Shown piece after piece: positions 49,577-59,322 of a DNA stretch of 64,000 nucleotides. The stretch is taken from contig JACPBQ010000004.1 of the NCBI GenBank assembly GCA_016180235.1, forward strand, positions 34,940 to 98,939, in the 5' to 3' direction. Within the stretch, counting starts at the first letter, position 1, and each line of letters opens with the position of its first letter. The translations under genes and the position numbers were made by a program. Under the pieces are notes generated by a model. That model worked only from the letters and a program-made list of their open reading frames with translations, was not told the DNA's origin and ran no database searches. The stretch is from Candidatus Woesearchaeota archaeon (GTDB lineage Archaea > Nanobdellota > Nanobdellia > Woesearchaeales > GW2011-AR4).

Positions 49577-49990
49577 TTGATTGCTTATTTGAATAGTTAT
49601 TTGAATGATTTACTATATAAATTTTTCTGCCAGTAAGAATCTACAAATCAATATCTGTTTTCTATTTGAATAGCAAGCAGTCTTTGGAGTGTATAATAAA
49701 CATCCAAGTTTCCCCTGCTGATTTTATGGCCCTGCGCTGTGCAGCTTAGTATTTCCAGATGGTGCCAGATTGTGGAGTAAGTAAGGCCGGTTGCTTCCTT
49801 TATCTGGGAAATGGTAATGCCTTCCGGATTAAGTTCAAGTATTTTCTTAAGAAGGTTGCTTACATACTCTTCCTTCTCTTTAGCCGGCAAAGTCTTGAAT
49901 GCCTCTTTTTCCAGTTTATCACTAGGTATGTTAATCTTAGCCATTTGATTGATTATTTGAATAGTTATTTGAATGATTTACTATATAAAT
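49326..49990. repeat. near-tandem direct duplication (two ~305-nt units, 49326-49628 and 49684-49990, ~85-90% identical) covering the 5' part and promoter of the wHTH regulator
   Basis: Runs of identical sequence, e.g. ctgtgcagcttagtatttccagatggtgccagattgtggagta and tatttgaatagttatttgaatgatttactatataaattttt, occur in both units. Confidence 0.8.
49648..49944 (-). pseudogene. truncated/divergent duplicate of the wHTH regulator 49103..49576 (N-terminal ~83 aa conserved, then diverges)
   Basis: Near-tandem ~300-nt DNA duplication including the promoter; the protein matches to ...RGNLDVYY and then differs. Confidence 0.45.
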
Positions 49991-50152
49991 TTTTTTATCA
50001 TAAGCCTCAACAAAAATATCCGTTTAAACCAGTACAATGTTCTGGCCCTCATTATGATTAAATAGTCAGGATTCCTCAAGCTCATTTGAATGATTTGATA
50101 TAAATGCCAAAAACCAAAAGATTTAGAAATATCATACTATTACCCTGAAAAC

Positions 50153-50449
50153 ATGATGAGGCATATTTTGGTTTTTTTGTTCATAATTGCGGTATTTGCT
50201 TTAGCCTTTGTTATGTTGCCTTCTTTAACAAGCCCAACTGGGTTTGCTGTAGCTGAGCAGGAAAACAGGAGTGAGCTGCCTGATTTCAGGCTCTATACTA
50301 AGGCTATATGCACTAATGTCTCCGGCTTTGTTGTGTGCCATGATGAGATGTTTGCCAGTTGCGGCGCATTTGAATACAGGCTGCCAAAGAACGAGGTTAA
50401 TGGGCAGGGTATATTTGATCAAGACTGGAAAGACCCAAGGAATAGGTAA
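50153..50449 (+). CDS. small secreted/anchored Cys-containing protein (PTGFAV motif after the TM)
   Basis: Hydrophobic N-terminus then SPTGFAVAEQ..., and 4 Cys. Confidence 0.35.
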   Translation: MMRHILVFLFIIAVFALAFVMLPSLTSPTGFAVAEQENRSELPDFRLYTKAICTNVSGFVVCHDEMFASCGAFEYRLPKNEVNGQGIFDQDWKDPRNR

Positions 50450-50492
50450 TTTATTCTTCCTGCCAATAATTTTATTTAAATTGATACATATT

Positions 50493-50963
50493 TACTTACA
50501 TAATATAGTTTAATACTTATATAATATTAAGAACATTTGAATGAGCATTTGAATGAATATTTGAATGAATTATATTTAGCAATTTATTCGTGTTTTCTGG
50601 AAAGATCAAAAATTTTTATTGCTGCATAGGCTCATTAAATATTTCTTAAACAAATCAATTTTACTCAATTTTTTTAATTCAACAACCAAAGAAGAAAAAT
50701 ACATTAAATAATCGAAAAATTTAAATACTATCTACTTACATAATATGTTTTTAATGGTGTTTAATAGTTTAATTTCCAAAAATTATTACTTACATGATAT
50801 TTTTTTATTTACTATGCTTGGATTCGCAGCCCACCCCCAATCTATTTCTCGGCTGCGAATCCTTGGGGTGGAGCTAGTGCATAGTTCAAAGAAAAGATAA
50901 AGAGGTATAAAATGAATTTACGGATATTATACTTATATAATATAATTAATACTTACATAATAT
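50493..50963. promoter_or_regulatory. array of at least 6 copies of a TACTTACATAATAT-like motif upstream of the double-HTH gene at 50970
   Basis: Copies at about 50493, 50514, 50733, 50787, 50929 and 50950; a related doubled motif ATACATTAATATTAAGTAA lies upstream of the paralog at 46064 and 46117. Confidence 0.5.
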
Positions 50964-50969
50964 AGATTA

Positions 50970-51488
50970 ATGCCAGAAAAAGAGGGTAGCGGAACTGAAA
51001 AAAGGCTTTTAGATACGATAAGCTATCTGAAAGAGTCTGGTTTTAGTTCTAATGAGATTATAAATTTAGTAAATAAATTGTTGAAAGTTGAAGTTAAAGA
51101 GGAAGTTAAAGTTCCTATTTCTGTCTTCAAAAATGATAAATTAGGATCTTTAGAGGCCATTGTAAAGTATTTGCGGGAAAATTTGCTTCTTTCATTCAAG
51201 CAAATTGCTTCTTTAACCGGCAGGAATGAGATTGCTTTAGCTGTTACCTACAGGAACGCAAGGAAAAAGCTAGAAAGTAAATTTGTTGTTGAGGAAATTT
51301 CCCCTTATTCCATTCCTGCTGCAATTTTACAGGACAGAAATTTCTCTGTTCTGGAAAATGTTGTTTCTTACCTAAAAGATACTTTCGGGCTTACCTACCA
51401 TAAAATCGCTGTTTTGCTGAGCAGGGATGACAGGACAATCTGGACTGTTTACCAGAGGGCAATAAAAAAGAGAAAACATGGGCAATAA
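50970..51488 (+). CDS. tandem double-HTH protein (sigma-70-region-4-like repeats), paralog of 46148..46690
   Basis: VPISVFKNDKLGSLEAIVKYLRENLLLSFKQIASLTGRNEIALAVTY and IPAAILQDRNFSVLENVVSYLKDTFGLTYHKIAVLLSRDDRTIWTVY. Confidence 0.5.
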   Translation: MPEKEGSGTEKRLLDTISYLKESGFSSNEIINLVNKLLKVEVKEEVKVPISVFKNDKLGSLEAIVKYLRENLLLSFKQIASLTGRNEIALAVTYRNARKKLESKFVVEEISPYSIPAAILQDRNFSVLENVVSYLKDTFGLTYHKIAVLLSRDDRTIWTVYQRAIKKRKHGQ

Positions 51489-54400
51489 ACGAAAAACAAA
51501 CAAAAAGGAGCTGGCTTTAACAGCCGGATTGCTGCTCTTATTATTTGCCATATCAGCCTGCAGCTTAAACAATGCAATAACAGGATTTGCGGTTTTGGAC
51601 AATACGACCAATGAAACAGAGCAAACAACAGCAACCAATGAAACAACAACCCAGGAAACAACAGAAACTCCAATAACCGATGCAACGACTGAAACAACAA
51701 TAAATGAGACAACAACGGAAATAACAAATGAAACCCAAAAAGGAAAACCGGATGATAAAGGACCTGCTGAAGAAAAAGAAGCCAACCAGCCTCCGGTGTG
51801 GAAAGCAGATGCTGACTCAATAATTATAGACGGAATAACAATAATAGACCTGAATGATTATTTCTCGGATAAGAATAATGATACCATAGGCTATGCTTTG
51901 GGAGCAGCGGAAAAAATAACTATTGAGGCTGATAATAACATGGTTACATTCAAGCCGGAAGGAAATAGCTTCAATTCGACTGTTTCGATTACAGCTTCGG
52001 ATGGGGATAAGTCAACAGCAAAAGAAGTTATACTGATAGTGCCGGAAAGAAAGATAACAATTGAACTGGAATATAAATCCGGAAGCGTTTACGACAGCAA
52101 TGATGACGGTGTTGAGGACACATACGGGATAATAGATTTAACAACTGAGAATACCGGCTTTAACTGGGAAGTTAATGAGGAAAATTTATGCACTAGATGG
52201 GAGACCTATTCTGTTGAGGATGAGGAATCAACCATTGTATGCTATGGAAGCAGCAAATGCTGCAGCTTTGTTGATTTGGCAGCCGCAAAGCCGGTATGGA
52301 ACGAACCTTTCTACTCATCATACGGGCAGTATGGAGCCACTTACAACAACATAATAAGCGCTCAGGTACTGCATGTAGATTACGGCATAAGCGCCAACGA
52401 GCCTTATGCCGAGATTTATAATTCAGAGTGGAAAGACTTAAGCGCTTCTTATTACTCTGCATTCAGCCAGTTCGAGAATGTATGCGCTGACACCTGCCTA
52501 TTAACCGGCTTTAATGAAAGCTCTTATACCTTAATATTCGAGATTGAGGGTGCTGTACTGGAGCTGGACAAGCTGATTTACACGACTGTAGAGACGATAA
52601 GCCAGGTCTTGGTCAATTTAAATGTCCAGGATAATGAAGGGGAGGAATCCGGAACCTATAATTTGTATAAAGGCAATGTTCTGGTTAATGTGGTTGATAA
52701 TTTCGTAGAGCCTGACTATTATGATATTGAGGTTATACCGGATGCCAAGGTCATTGAAAAATTATTTATTAATAATGCAAACATAACAAAACCTTTAACT
52801 GCCAATATCGGTATTGACAATGTCAGCAGGCAGCAGGAAATTGAGAATGTCGAGATTAAAAAACAATATGCCATAGACGCTTCCGGGGTTGAGTTTGAAA
52901 CAGGCACTTTGACTGCTACTGCTGAAGCCAATTCATTGTATAAATGCAAGCAGTGGGATTATGATACGGAAGTATGCTATGGCACTTGGGAAAAAATAAA
53001 GGATTTAACTGTCGGAGAAGAATATAATTTAATCTTAACAGCTGATGATCCTGGATTTGTCGAGGGCAATTTAAATGTAACAGCAATTCCAATAAACATA
53101 ACTGAGCTGGCATTATTCAAAGATATTTCAAACATTACAATAAGCAAAAATAATAATTATACCCTTGACCTGAATGAATATTTCTCAAATATAGACAATA
53201 GTACAATTTATACATACAACCAGATGAATAATATAAGCATGTTATTTGACGCTAATACAGCAACTATTGTTCCGGACAAAGGCTTCATTGGAAAGGAATT
53301 TACATTTATAACTGCTGCAAATGATGATGACTCGGCAATTTCAAATATATTCTCCATTACAGTTAGCAATATGACAATAAATATAACACCGGAAATAATC
53401 CTGGAGAAAAAAGACTTCAGGCTTGATGAGGATGTTGAAATAGACTTTGAGTATTTGGGCAAAAAAGAATTAATTAAAGAAGGAAGATGGAAAGAAGAGT
53501 ATGAAGTTTATGAAGAGGAAACGGATAAAACAGAGCAGGAATTAAAAACATTAAGAGAAAAAATTGAAGATGAAGAAAAACTGCTTTCCGAAGCAGAAAA
53601 AGCAATCAAAAAGCAAAAGAAAAAGTTCATCAAAGAAACCGAAACTATTGAAGCATTTGTAGTTGATAATGAAGGCAATTTAGAGGATATTAATATTGAA
53701 ATAGAGGAATTAAGAGAAGGCAAGTTTGACATTAAGCTGCAAAAACAAAGAGCATTCAGAGCCGGCAAATACACAATAAAACTAGAATTAGTTAAAGATG
53801 GAATAACATATACGCAGGAGCAGGACTTTACCTGGGGAGTTCTGGCCATTAACACAAATAAGTCGATTTACTTGCCGAATGAAGACTCATTTATCGGCAT
53901 TGGGGTTCTGGATGATCAAGGAAAGATTGTATGCAGTGCGGATGTAACATTAGAAATCATTAACCCATTAAACCAAAAAACAACATTAACTACTTCAAAT
54001 AATGAAATAAAAATAAGCCCGGAATGCCAAGTTTTAGGTATAACAGAATTGCCTGATTATTATACAGCTTATTCTGTTGGCGGGATTGGAACTTATTTAA
54101 TGAATTTAACTGCGATAACTTCTAATGGAGTAAGAAGCATACAGGACAATTTCTCAGTTATGCGGGAAGTTGACTTCGATGTTGCAAGAAAAGGGCCGAC
54201 AAGAGTGTATCCAGCGGTTGCATATACAATGAAGATTCCGATTAAAGCAAATAAAAATTATAATGGAATAATAAATGAATATGTGCCTTCAAGCTTTGCC
54301 ATTACGCCTCAAGATGGATTGACAGTAACAACAATTAATGACACCAATATTTTATCATGGAATGCCAATTTAAATGCCGGAGATAAGATTGAATTAAATT

Positions 54401-57400
54401 ATGAATTTGATGCCCCTGACATTTCACCAGAATTCTATTTACTAGGTCCGCTGGATATCGGAAGCTTTAAGGAAGCAAGGCAGTGGCAGATTGCGAATGA
54501 CCTGTATGGAAATGTAAAGTTTTTTGACGAGTTTGCAGACTTTACCCAATGGACGGAAAGCGGCAGCCCTCAAAATGACTGGGTTGCCATTAGAGACGCG
54601 GCAATTGCTGGAATTGTTGGCGGCGGCACTGCCTGCCCGCTAGCAGCAGCCGGCGGCTCAAATATAACCATTGCAACTAGTGTTGACTTGAGCGACTGCA
54701 CAGCAGGAACAGGTAGGGCTAATTGGACTCAAAATACAGGAACCCAAAGCGACAATATTGACTGCCTTAAGTATCAGACATCAACTGACGGAGGCGCAAC
54801 ATGGGGCACTCTTGCCACAGCAGTTTGCGACGACCCTGCCCAAACAACATTCAAAAAAGCTCAGGGCTACGAAATACCAGATGTTGATTTAGTTTCAACA
54901 TTCAAATTCAGGTTTCAATGCCAGGGCTTTACATCAGGCACTGAATTTATAAATGTCTCAATGTTCAACATAACCTGCGATGTTGCACCGCCAGACAGCA
55001 CAAAGCCAAGGATAAATGCATCTTTGGATGACTTCAGGCCCGTCAGGGGGCAGGTTGTTAATATGACGGCAAATGTTTCAGACAATCAGGCATTAAGCAC
55101 CTGCAACTTCTTTATGAACGGCACTGCTGACGGAAGCTTTATAATTTTGAATAAGACTGTTGCTGGCACAAACGACCAATGCTCCCAGAACTTCACTATT
55201 GATTTGACAGTAGGCAATGTAATTAACTTTACAGTCAAGGTTAATGACGCACAAGCAAACTTTAATTTAAGCGTTAACAGAAGCGATGGCGGCGCAGAAG
55301 TAATAGGGCAGATAATAAGGGTGAGGCAGAAAGCAGATGTTTCCGGAGGCTCATGGGACAATTTAACAGCGCAGGCTTGCAACCTGGAGGATCTTGCAGC
55401 AACTCAGGGAACTTTTGATCTTGCATGCGATACAACCTATCCCGGGACTTGCGCTACCGGAGTAAACGGAGTAAGCTGCAATGACGGCACAGAGCTGGAA
55501 ACATTTACGTCAAGCACAACTTCTAATTGGGGAGGCTTGAACATATCAGCTTACAATGACTTAATTACTGATTGCGAGGATATTGGTGTTGTAAGGCTAT
55601 GCTACGAGTGGTGGGCATCTGATACAACAATACAAAGCTGCGACATAAGCGTTGATGCTGACGGAGGAACTTCATATACTGCTGCAACAACCACTTGCCC
55701 CGGTGCTGTTGCTGATCCTGGAGTTATATGCACTGATGTAACAGCTTTAGAAACATGGGCATGCGGCAGTTTCTTTGGAGAAATAGGAACAAGGGCAATG
55801 GCAAAGGCAGCAGGTCAGAAATCAGGAGGAGGCGGCACAAGGACATTTACTGTTGACGCATTATGGTTTAATGTTACTTACAGGTCAACTGTGCTTCCGC
55901 CGGATACCACGGCTCCAGTAATCAACGGCACAATAAACAATACAGCGCCTAAATTCGGGGAGGTTATAAATGCAACCTACAACATAACCGATTCGGGAGG
56001 GGCGCTATCAACCGGAAATATATCAATAAATATAAGCGGCAATCCTGTCCAGAACTTTTCCTTCAAGCTTAGCGGCACAAAAAGGCAAATCTCCCAAAAC
56101 ATAACGATAAATTTGACAAAGGGCAATGTTATTAATATAACCGGATTTGCGCGTGACACTGCAGGCTTGATAAGCCAGAACTCCACCTTGATAACTGTTG
56201 CAAATTCACCGCCATCAACACCGGCAATAACATTCCCAAGCAATAACCAGTACTTTAACTCAAAGCCAATCTGGCTGAATGTAACTTTCCCTGCTGACGC
56301 AGACAGCGATGCAATAACAATCCAGTATTACATAAACAGCAAATTAAATGATTCAACAAGCGTAAATACAACATTCAACGGCTCTGACGGGACTTACAGG
56401 CTGAATGTTACCATATTTGACGGGGAAGAGTATACTGCAAACACATCTTATATTAACTTTACTTTGGATACCGTTTTCCCGGTTGTTAATACGACCTTGA
56501 ATAAGTCATTTGATAATATTATTTTGGGGGATGTGATTAATATAAGCGCAAATATAACAGACAGTGTTGGCTTGAGCTTCTGCCAGATAATTATAAACCA
56601 GTCCGGGCCAACTGCATTAAATATCCAGAATATTTCCCTTAATGGCGCTACAAGCGCGCAATGCTACAACATATCTTCAATCTCCCTTTCGGCTGGCAGC
56701 GTCATTAACTTCACAATAAGGGTTAATGACACATCTAATAATTTCAGGACTAATGACACGATAATTACTGTTGCTGCAACTCCGGACATAATAGCCCCAG
56801 TAATCCAGTCAACGGCAATAAACAATACTGCTCCTAAAGTAAACGAAGTTGTGCAGGTTTCTGCAAATGCCTCTGATGAAACAGCAATTTACAATGTCAT
56901 GGTTGCACACAACCTGACAGGAACTTTTGTAAATCAGACACCATCTAAGGCAGATTCCGGAGCTACTTCCATGAACCATTCCATTAATCTGACAAATACT
57001 CTTGTAAGAGGGAATGCAGTTGGCTTTGTATTTACTGCAAATGATACAACTGCAAATACTGTGCAATCTGCAACTATAACTTATACTGTGGCAGACACTA
57101 CCCCAACATTTACATTGGCAAATAATAATACTAATGCAAAAATAAATGAAGTTACGCAGTTATCGGCTATGGTGAATGACTCAGACATATTGAGCATGGT
57201 TATAGCATCTTGGAACGGGACGAATGGTGTCTGGATTAATATAAGCAATTCGACAACACTGGCAGCTGGATTAAATTACAGTGTAAATAGAAGCGTTGGC
57301 TTAGTAAGAGGAAATACAATAGGATGGCTGTTTTATGCAAATGACAGCGTTGTAAACACTTTCACAGCTTCTTCATTGAATACGTTTGTAGTTGCTGATG

Positions 57401-59175
57401 CCGCGCCGACATTCGACACTTCAATAAATGATTCTTCGTTGATAAAGGATGAAGTTGCGCGATTGTCGGCAATGGTGAATGACTCTGACACATTAAGCAT
57501 GGTTATTGCTTCCTGGAACGGGACGAATGGTGTCTGGATTAATATAAGCAATACTACTTCACTTGCCTTAGGTGTTAATTACAGCGTCAACAGGACTGTC
57601 GGATTAGGAAGGGGCAACACAATAGGATGGATGTTTTATGCGAATGACAGTGTAGTCAGCACTTTTACCGCATCATCATTAAATACAGTTGTTGTGGATG
57701 ACACAGCCCCAACATTTACTATGGCGATAAACAACACATCTCCAAATTTAAACGAGTTTGTCAGATTCTCAGCATTAGTAAATGACAGCGATGTATTGAG
57801 CATGGTTATAGCATCTTGGAACGGGACGAATGGTGTCTGGATTAATATAAGCAATTCGACAACACTGGCAGCTGGATTAAATTACAGCGTGAATAGAAGC
57901 GTTGGGCTGACATTCGGCAATACAGTAGGGTGGCTGTTCTATGCTAATGACAGTGTAGCCAATACATTTACCGCATCATCGCTGAATACTTTTGCTGTTG
58001 CTGATACAATAGCACCTACGGTAAATACATCCTTGAATAAATCCCTGTCAAGCATATTCCAGAATGATGTGATAAATTTCTCTGCAAATCTGACTGACCC
58101 CTCGGGATTGAGCTTCTGCCAAATTATAATCAACCAGAGCGGTCCCACAAACATCCATTATGAGAATATATCCCTGAATGGGGCTACAAGCGCGCAATGC
58201 TATAACGTGTCTGCAATAACCCTTACAGCTGGAAGCGTTATAAATTTCACAATAAGGGCCAATGACACTGCAGGCAATTTCAGGACCAATGATACTATCA
58301 TAACGGTTGCCTCTGCTGCCACAGCGCCGGTTGTAAGGCTTAACAATGCAAGCTTTTCGGTTGATCCTGTAGCAGGCGACAGTGTAAAGGTTTCAATTTC
58401 GTTTAATGTCACAGACGAGCAGGGCATAGGAGATATAAATGCCACCAAAGCTATAGTCAACTTTACTTTAGGCCCTCCAAGTGTTGCACAATTCAGGTTT
58501 AATATTTCTGAGCAAGGAGGAGAGTTTGGAACCTGCAGCAACCACACATTAACAGCCCCGGAGCCTGATGTAATGGTGATTAACTGCACTGTTTTAATGA
58601 GATATTACGATAATGCAAGCAGCAACTGGGTTGTCAATGTGAGTGTTCAGGATTTAGGAGGCTTAGTTGGAAGGGATGACACTGTAACCTTTACCTATAA
58701 TTCCCTGCAATCATTTTCAATTACTTCCAAGAATGTTTTAGGGGAAAAAGCAAACTTAAACTTTACCGCAAACATCAGGATAAATGATCAAGCGGCAAAA
58801 TCGCCGATTTTGATTAATAATACAGGAAACACGGACTTTTTGAAGATAAACATTACAGGAGCCGATTTACTGCAGATTGGAGGAAATGATTTCATCGGGA
58901 TAGGCAACTTTACTATAAATATAACAAACAGCAGCTCTGGACTGGGATTGATTTTAAGCAAAGCAGCGCAAGCAATACCCGGCAATGATGATACTGCAAA
59001 TGCAACCTTGCTGCACGGCCCAGGAGTTTCTGGAGATAGTGCACCATATCCGGGAGTGGCTGACTTCAAGACTAAAGGTAACATGACGCTGTTCTTCTGG
59101 GTGGATATTCCAACAGCTTTGCCCGTTGGAACTTACAATAACACCTGGAATCTGACTGTGATTGACTTGCCGTAA
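51478..59175 (+). CDS. giant (2565 aa) repetitive cell-surface protein: signal anchor/lipobox-like N-terminus, T/N/E-rich linker, many ~100-aa beta-sandwich-like repeats, conserved C-terminal domain
   Basis: A single uninterrupted ORF beginning MGNKRK...LLLLLFAISACSLNNAITGFAVL with abundant N-x-S/T sequons. The C-terminal ~330 aa are homologous to 61408..62427. Confidence 0.75.
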   Translation: MGNKRKTNKKELALTAGLLLLLFAISACSLNNAITGFAVLDNTTNETEQTTATNETTTQETTETPITDATTETTINETTTEITNETQKGKPDDKGPAEEKEANQPPVWKADADSIIIDGITIIDLNDYFSDKNNDTIGYALGAAEKITIEADNNMVTFKPEGNSFNSTVSITASDGDKSTAKEVILIVPERKITIELEYKSGSVYDSNDDGVEDTYGIIDLTTENTGFNWEVNEENLCTRWETYSVEDEESTIVCYGSSKCCSFVDLAAAKPVWNEPFYSSYGQYGATYNNIISAQVLHVDYGISANEPYAEIYNSEWKDLSASYYSAFSQFENVCADTCLLTGFNESSYTLIFEIEGAVLELDKLIYTTVETISQVLVNLNVQDNEGEESGTYNLYKGNVLVNVVDNFVEPDYYDIEVIPDAKVIEKLFINNANITKPLTANIGIDNVSRQQEIENVEIKKQYAIDASGVEFETGTLTATAEANSLYKCKQWDYDTEVCYGTWEKIKDLTVGEEYNLILTADDPGFVEGNLNVTAIPINITELALFKDISNITISKNNNYTLDLNEYFSNIDNSTIYTYNQMNNISMLFDANTATIVPDKGFIGKEFTFITAANDDDSAISNIFSITVSNMTINITPEIILEKKDFRLDEDVEIDFEYLGKKELIKEGRWKEEYEVYEEETDKTEQELKTLREKIEDEEKLLSEAEKAIKKQKKKFIKETETIEAFVVDNEGNLEDINIEIEELREGKFDIKLQKQRAFRAGKYTIKLELVKDGITYTQEQDFTWGVLAINTNKSIYLPNEDSFIGIGVLDDQGKIVCSADVTLEIINPLNQKTTLTTSNNEIKISPECQVLGITELPDYYTAYSVGGIGTYLMNLTAITSNGVRSIQDNFSVMREVDFDVARKGPTRVYPAVAYTMKIPIKANKNYNGIINEYVPSSFAITPQDGLTVTTINDTNILSWNANLNAGDKIELNYEFDAPDISPEFYLLGPLDIGSFKEARQWQIANDLYGNVKFFDEFADFTQWTESGSPQNDWVAIRDAAIAGIVGGGTACPLAAAGGSNITIATSVDLSDCTAGTGRANWTQNTGTQSDNIDCLKYQTSTDGGATWGTLATAVCDDPAQTTFKKAQGYEIPDVDLVSTFKFRFQCQGFTSGTEFINVSMFNITCDVAPPDSTKPRINASLDDFRPVRGQVVNMTANVSDNQALSTCNFFMNGTADGSFIILNKTVAGTNDQCSQNFTIDLTVGNVINFTVKVNDAQANFNLSVNRSDGGAEVIGQIIRVRQKADVSGGSWDNLTAQACNLEDLAATQGTFDLACDTTYPGTCATGVNGVSCNDGTELETFTSSTTSNWGGLNISAYNDLITDCEDIGVVRLCYEWWASDTTIQSCDISVDADGGTSYTAATTTCPGAVADPGVICTDVTALETWACGSFFGEIGTRAMAKAAGQKSGGGGTRTFTVDALWFNVTYRSTVLPPDTTAPVINGTINNTAPKFGEVINATYNITDSGGALSTGNISINISGNPVQNFSFKLSGTKRQISQNITINLTKGNVINITGFARDTAGLISQNSTLITVANSPPSTPAITFPSNNQYFNSKPIWLNVTFPADADSDAITIQYYINSKLNDSTSVNTTFNGSDGTYRLNVTIFDGEEYTANTSYINFTLDTVFPVVNTTLNKSFDNIILGDVINISANITDSVGLSFCQIIINQSGPTALNIQNISLNGATSAQCYNISSISLSAGSVINFTIRVNDTSNNFRTNDTIITVAATPDIIAPVIQSTAINNTAPKVNEVVQVSANASDETAIYNVMVAHNLTGTFVNQTPSKADSGATSMNHSINLTNTLVRGNAVGFVFTANDTTANTVQSATITYTVADTTPTFTLANNNTNAKINEVTQLSAMVNDSDILSMVIASWNGTNGVWINISNSTTLAAGLNYSVNRSVGLVRGNTIGWLFYANDSVVNTFTASSLNTFVVADAAPTFDTSINDSSLIKDEVARLSAMVNDSDTLSMVIASWNGTNGVWINISNTTSLALGVNYSVNRTVGLGRGNTIGWMFYANDSVVSTFTASSLNTVVVDDTAPTFTMAINNTSPNLNEFVRFSALVNDSDVLSMVIASWNGTNGVWINISNSTTLAAGLNYSVNRSVGLTFGNTVGWLFYANDSVANTFTASSLNTFAVADTIAPTVNTSLNKSLSSIFQNDVINFSANLTDPSGLSFCQIIINQSGPTNIHYENISLNGATSAQCYNVSAITLTAGSVINFTIRANDTAGNFRTNDTIITVASAATAPVVRLNNASFSVDPVAGDSVKVSISFNVTDEQGIGDINATKAIVNFTLGPPSVAQFRFNISEQGGEFGTCSNHTLTAPEPDVMVINCTVLMRYYDNASSNWVVNVSVQDLGGLVGRDDTVTFTYNSLQSFSITSKNVLGEKANLNFTANIRINDQAAKSPILINNTGNTDFLKINITGADLLQIGGNDFIGIGNFTINITNSSSGLGLILSKAAQAIPGNDDTANATLLHGPGVSGDSAPYPGVADFKTKGNMTLFFWVDIPTALPVGTYNNTWNLTVIDLP
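57088..58000 (+). repeat. three near-identical 303-nt (101-aa) tandem repeats inside the giant gene
   Basis: Units ...SAMVNDSD(I/T/V)LSMVIASWNGTNGVWINISN... recur three times; the same periodicity shows in the antisense ORFs at 57333, 57636 and 57939 (spacing 303). Confidence 0.8.
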
Positions 59176-59322
59176 GGGAAGAATAAGCTTTAAATGGTTA
59201 TAAAAATTAACAAAAGAAGATATAAAAGCAGCTTTATTATGCAGTGCTGAGGTTGTAAGTGGAGAACCGTTAACATTTGAAAATTATCCTCATTCGGTTA
59301 AAGTTTATAGGGAAAATTATGC

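Noticed and set aside
52193-58589. Multiple minus-strand ORFs inside the giant gene, including the periodic trio 57333/57636/57939
   Set aside because: Antisense echoes of the in-frame tandem repeats; the forward frame is uninterrupted for 7.7 kb.
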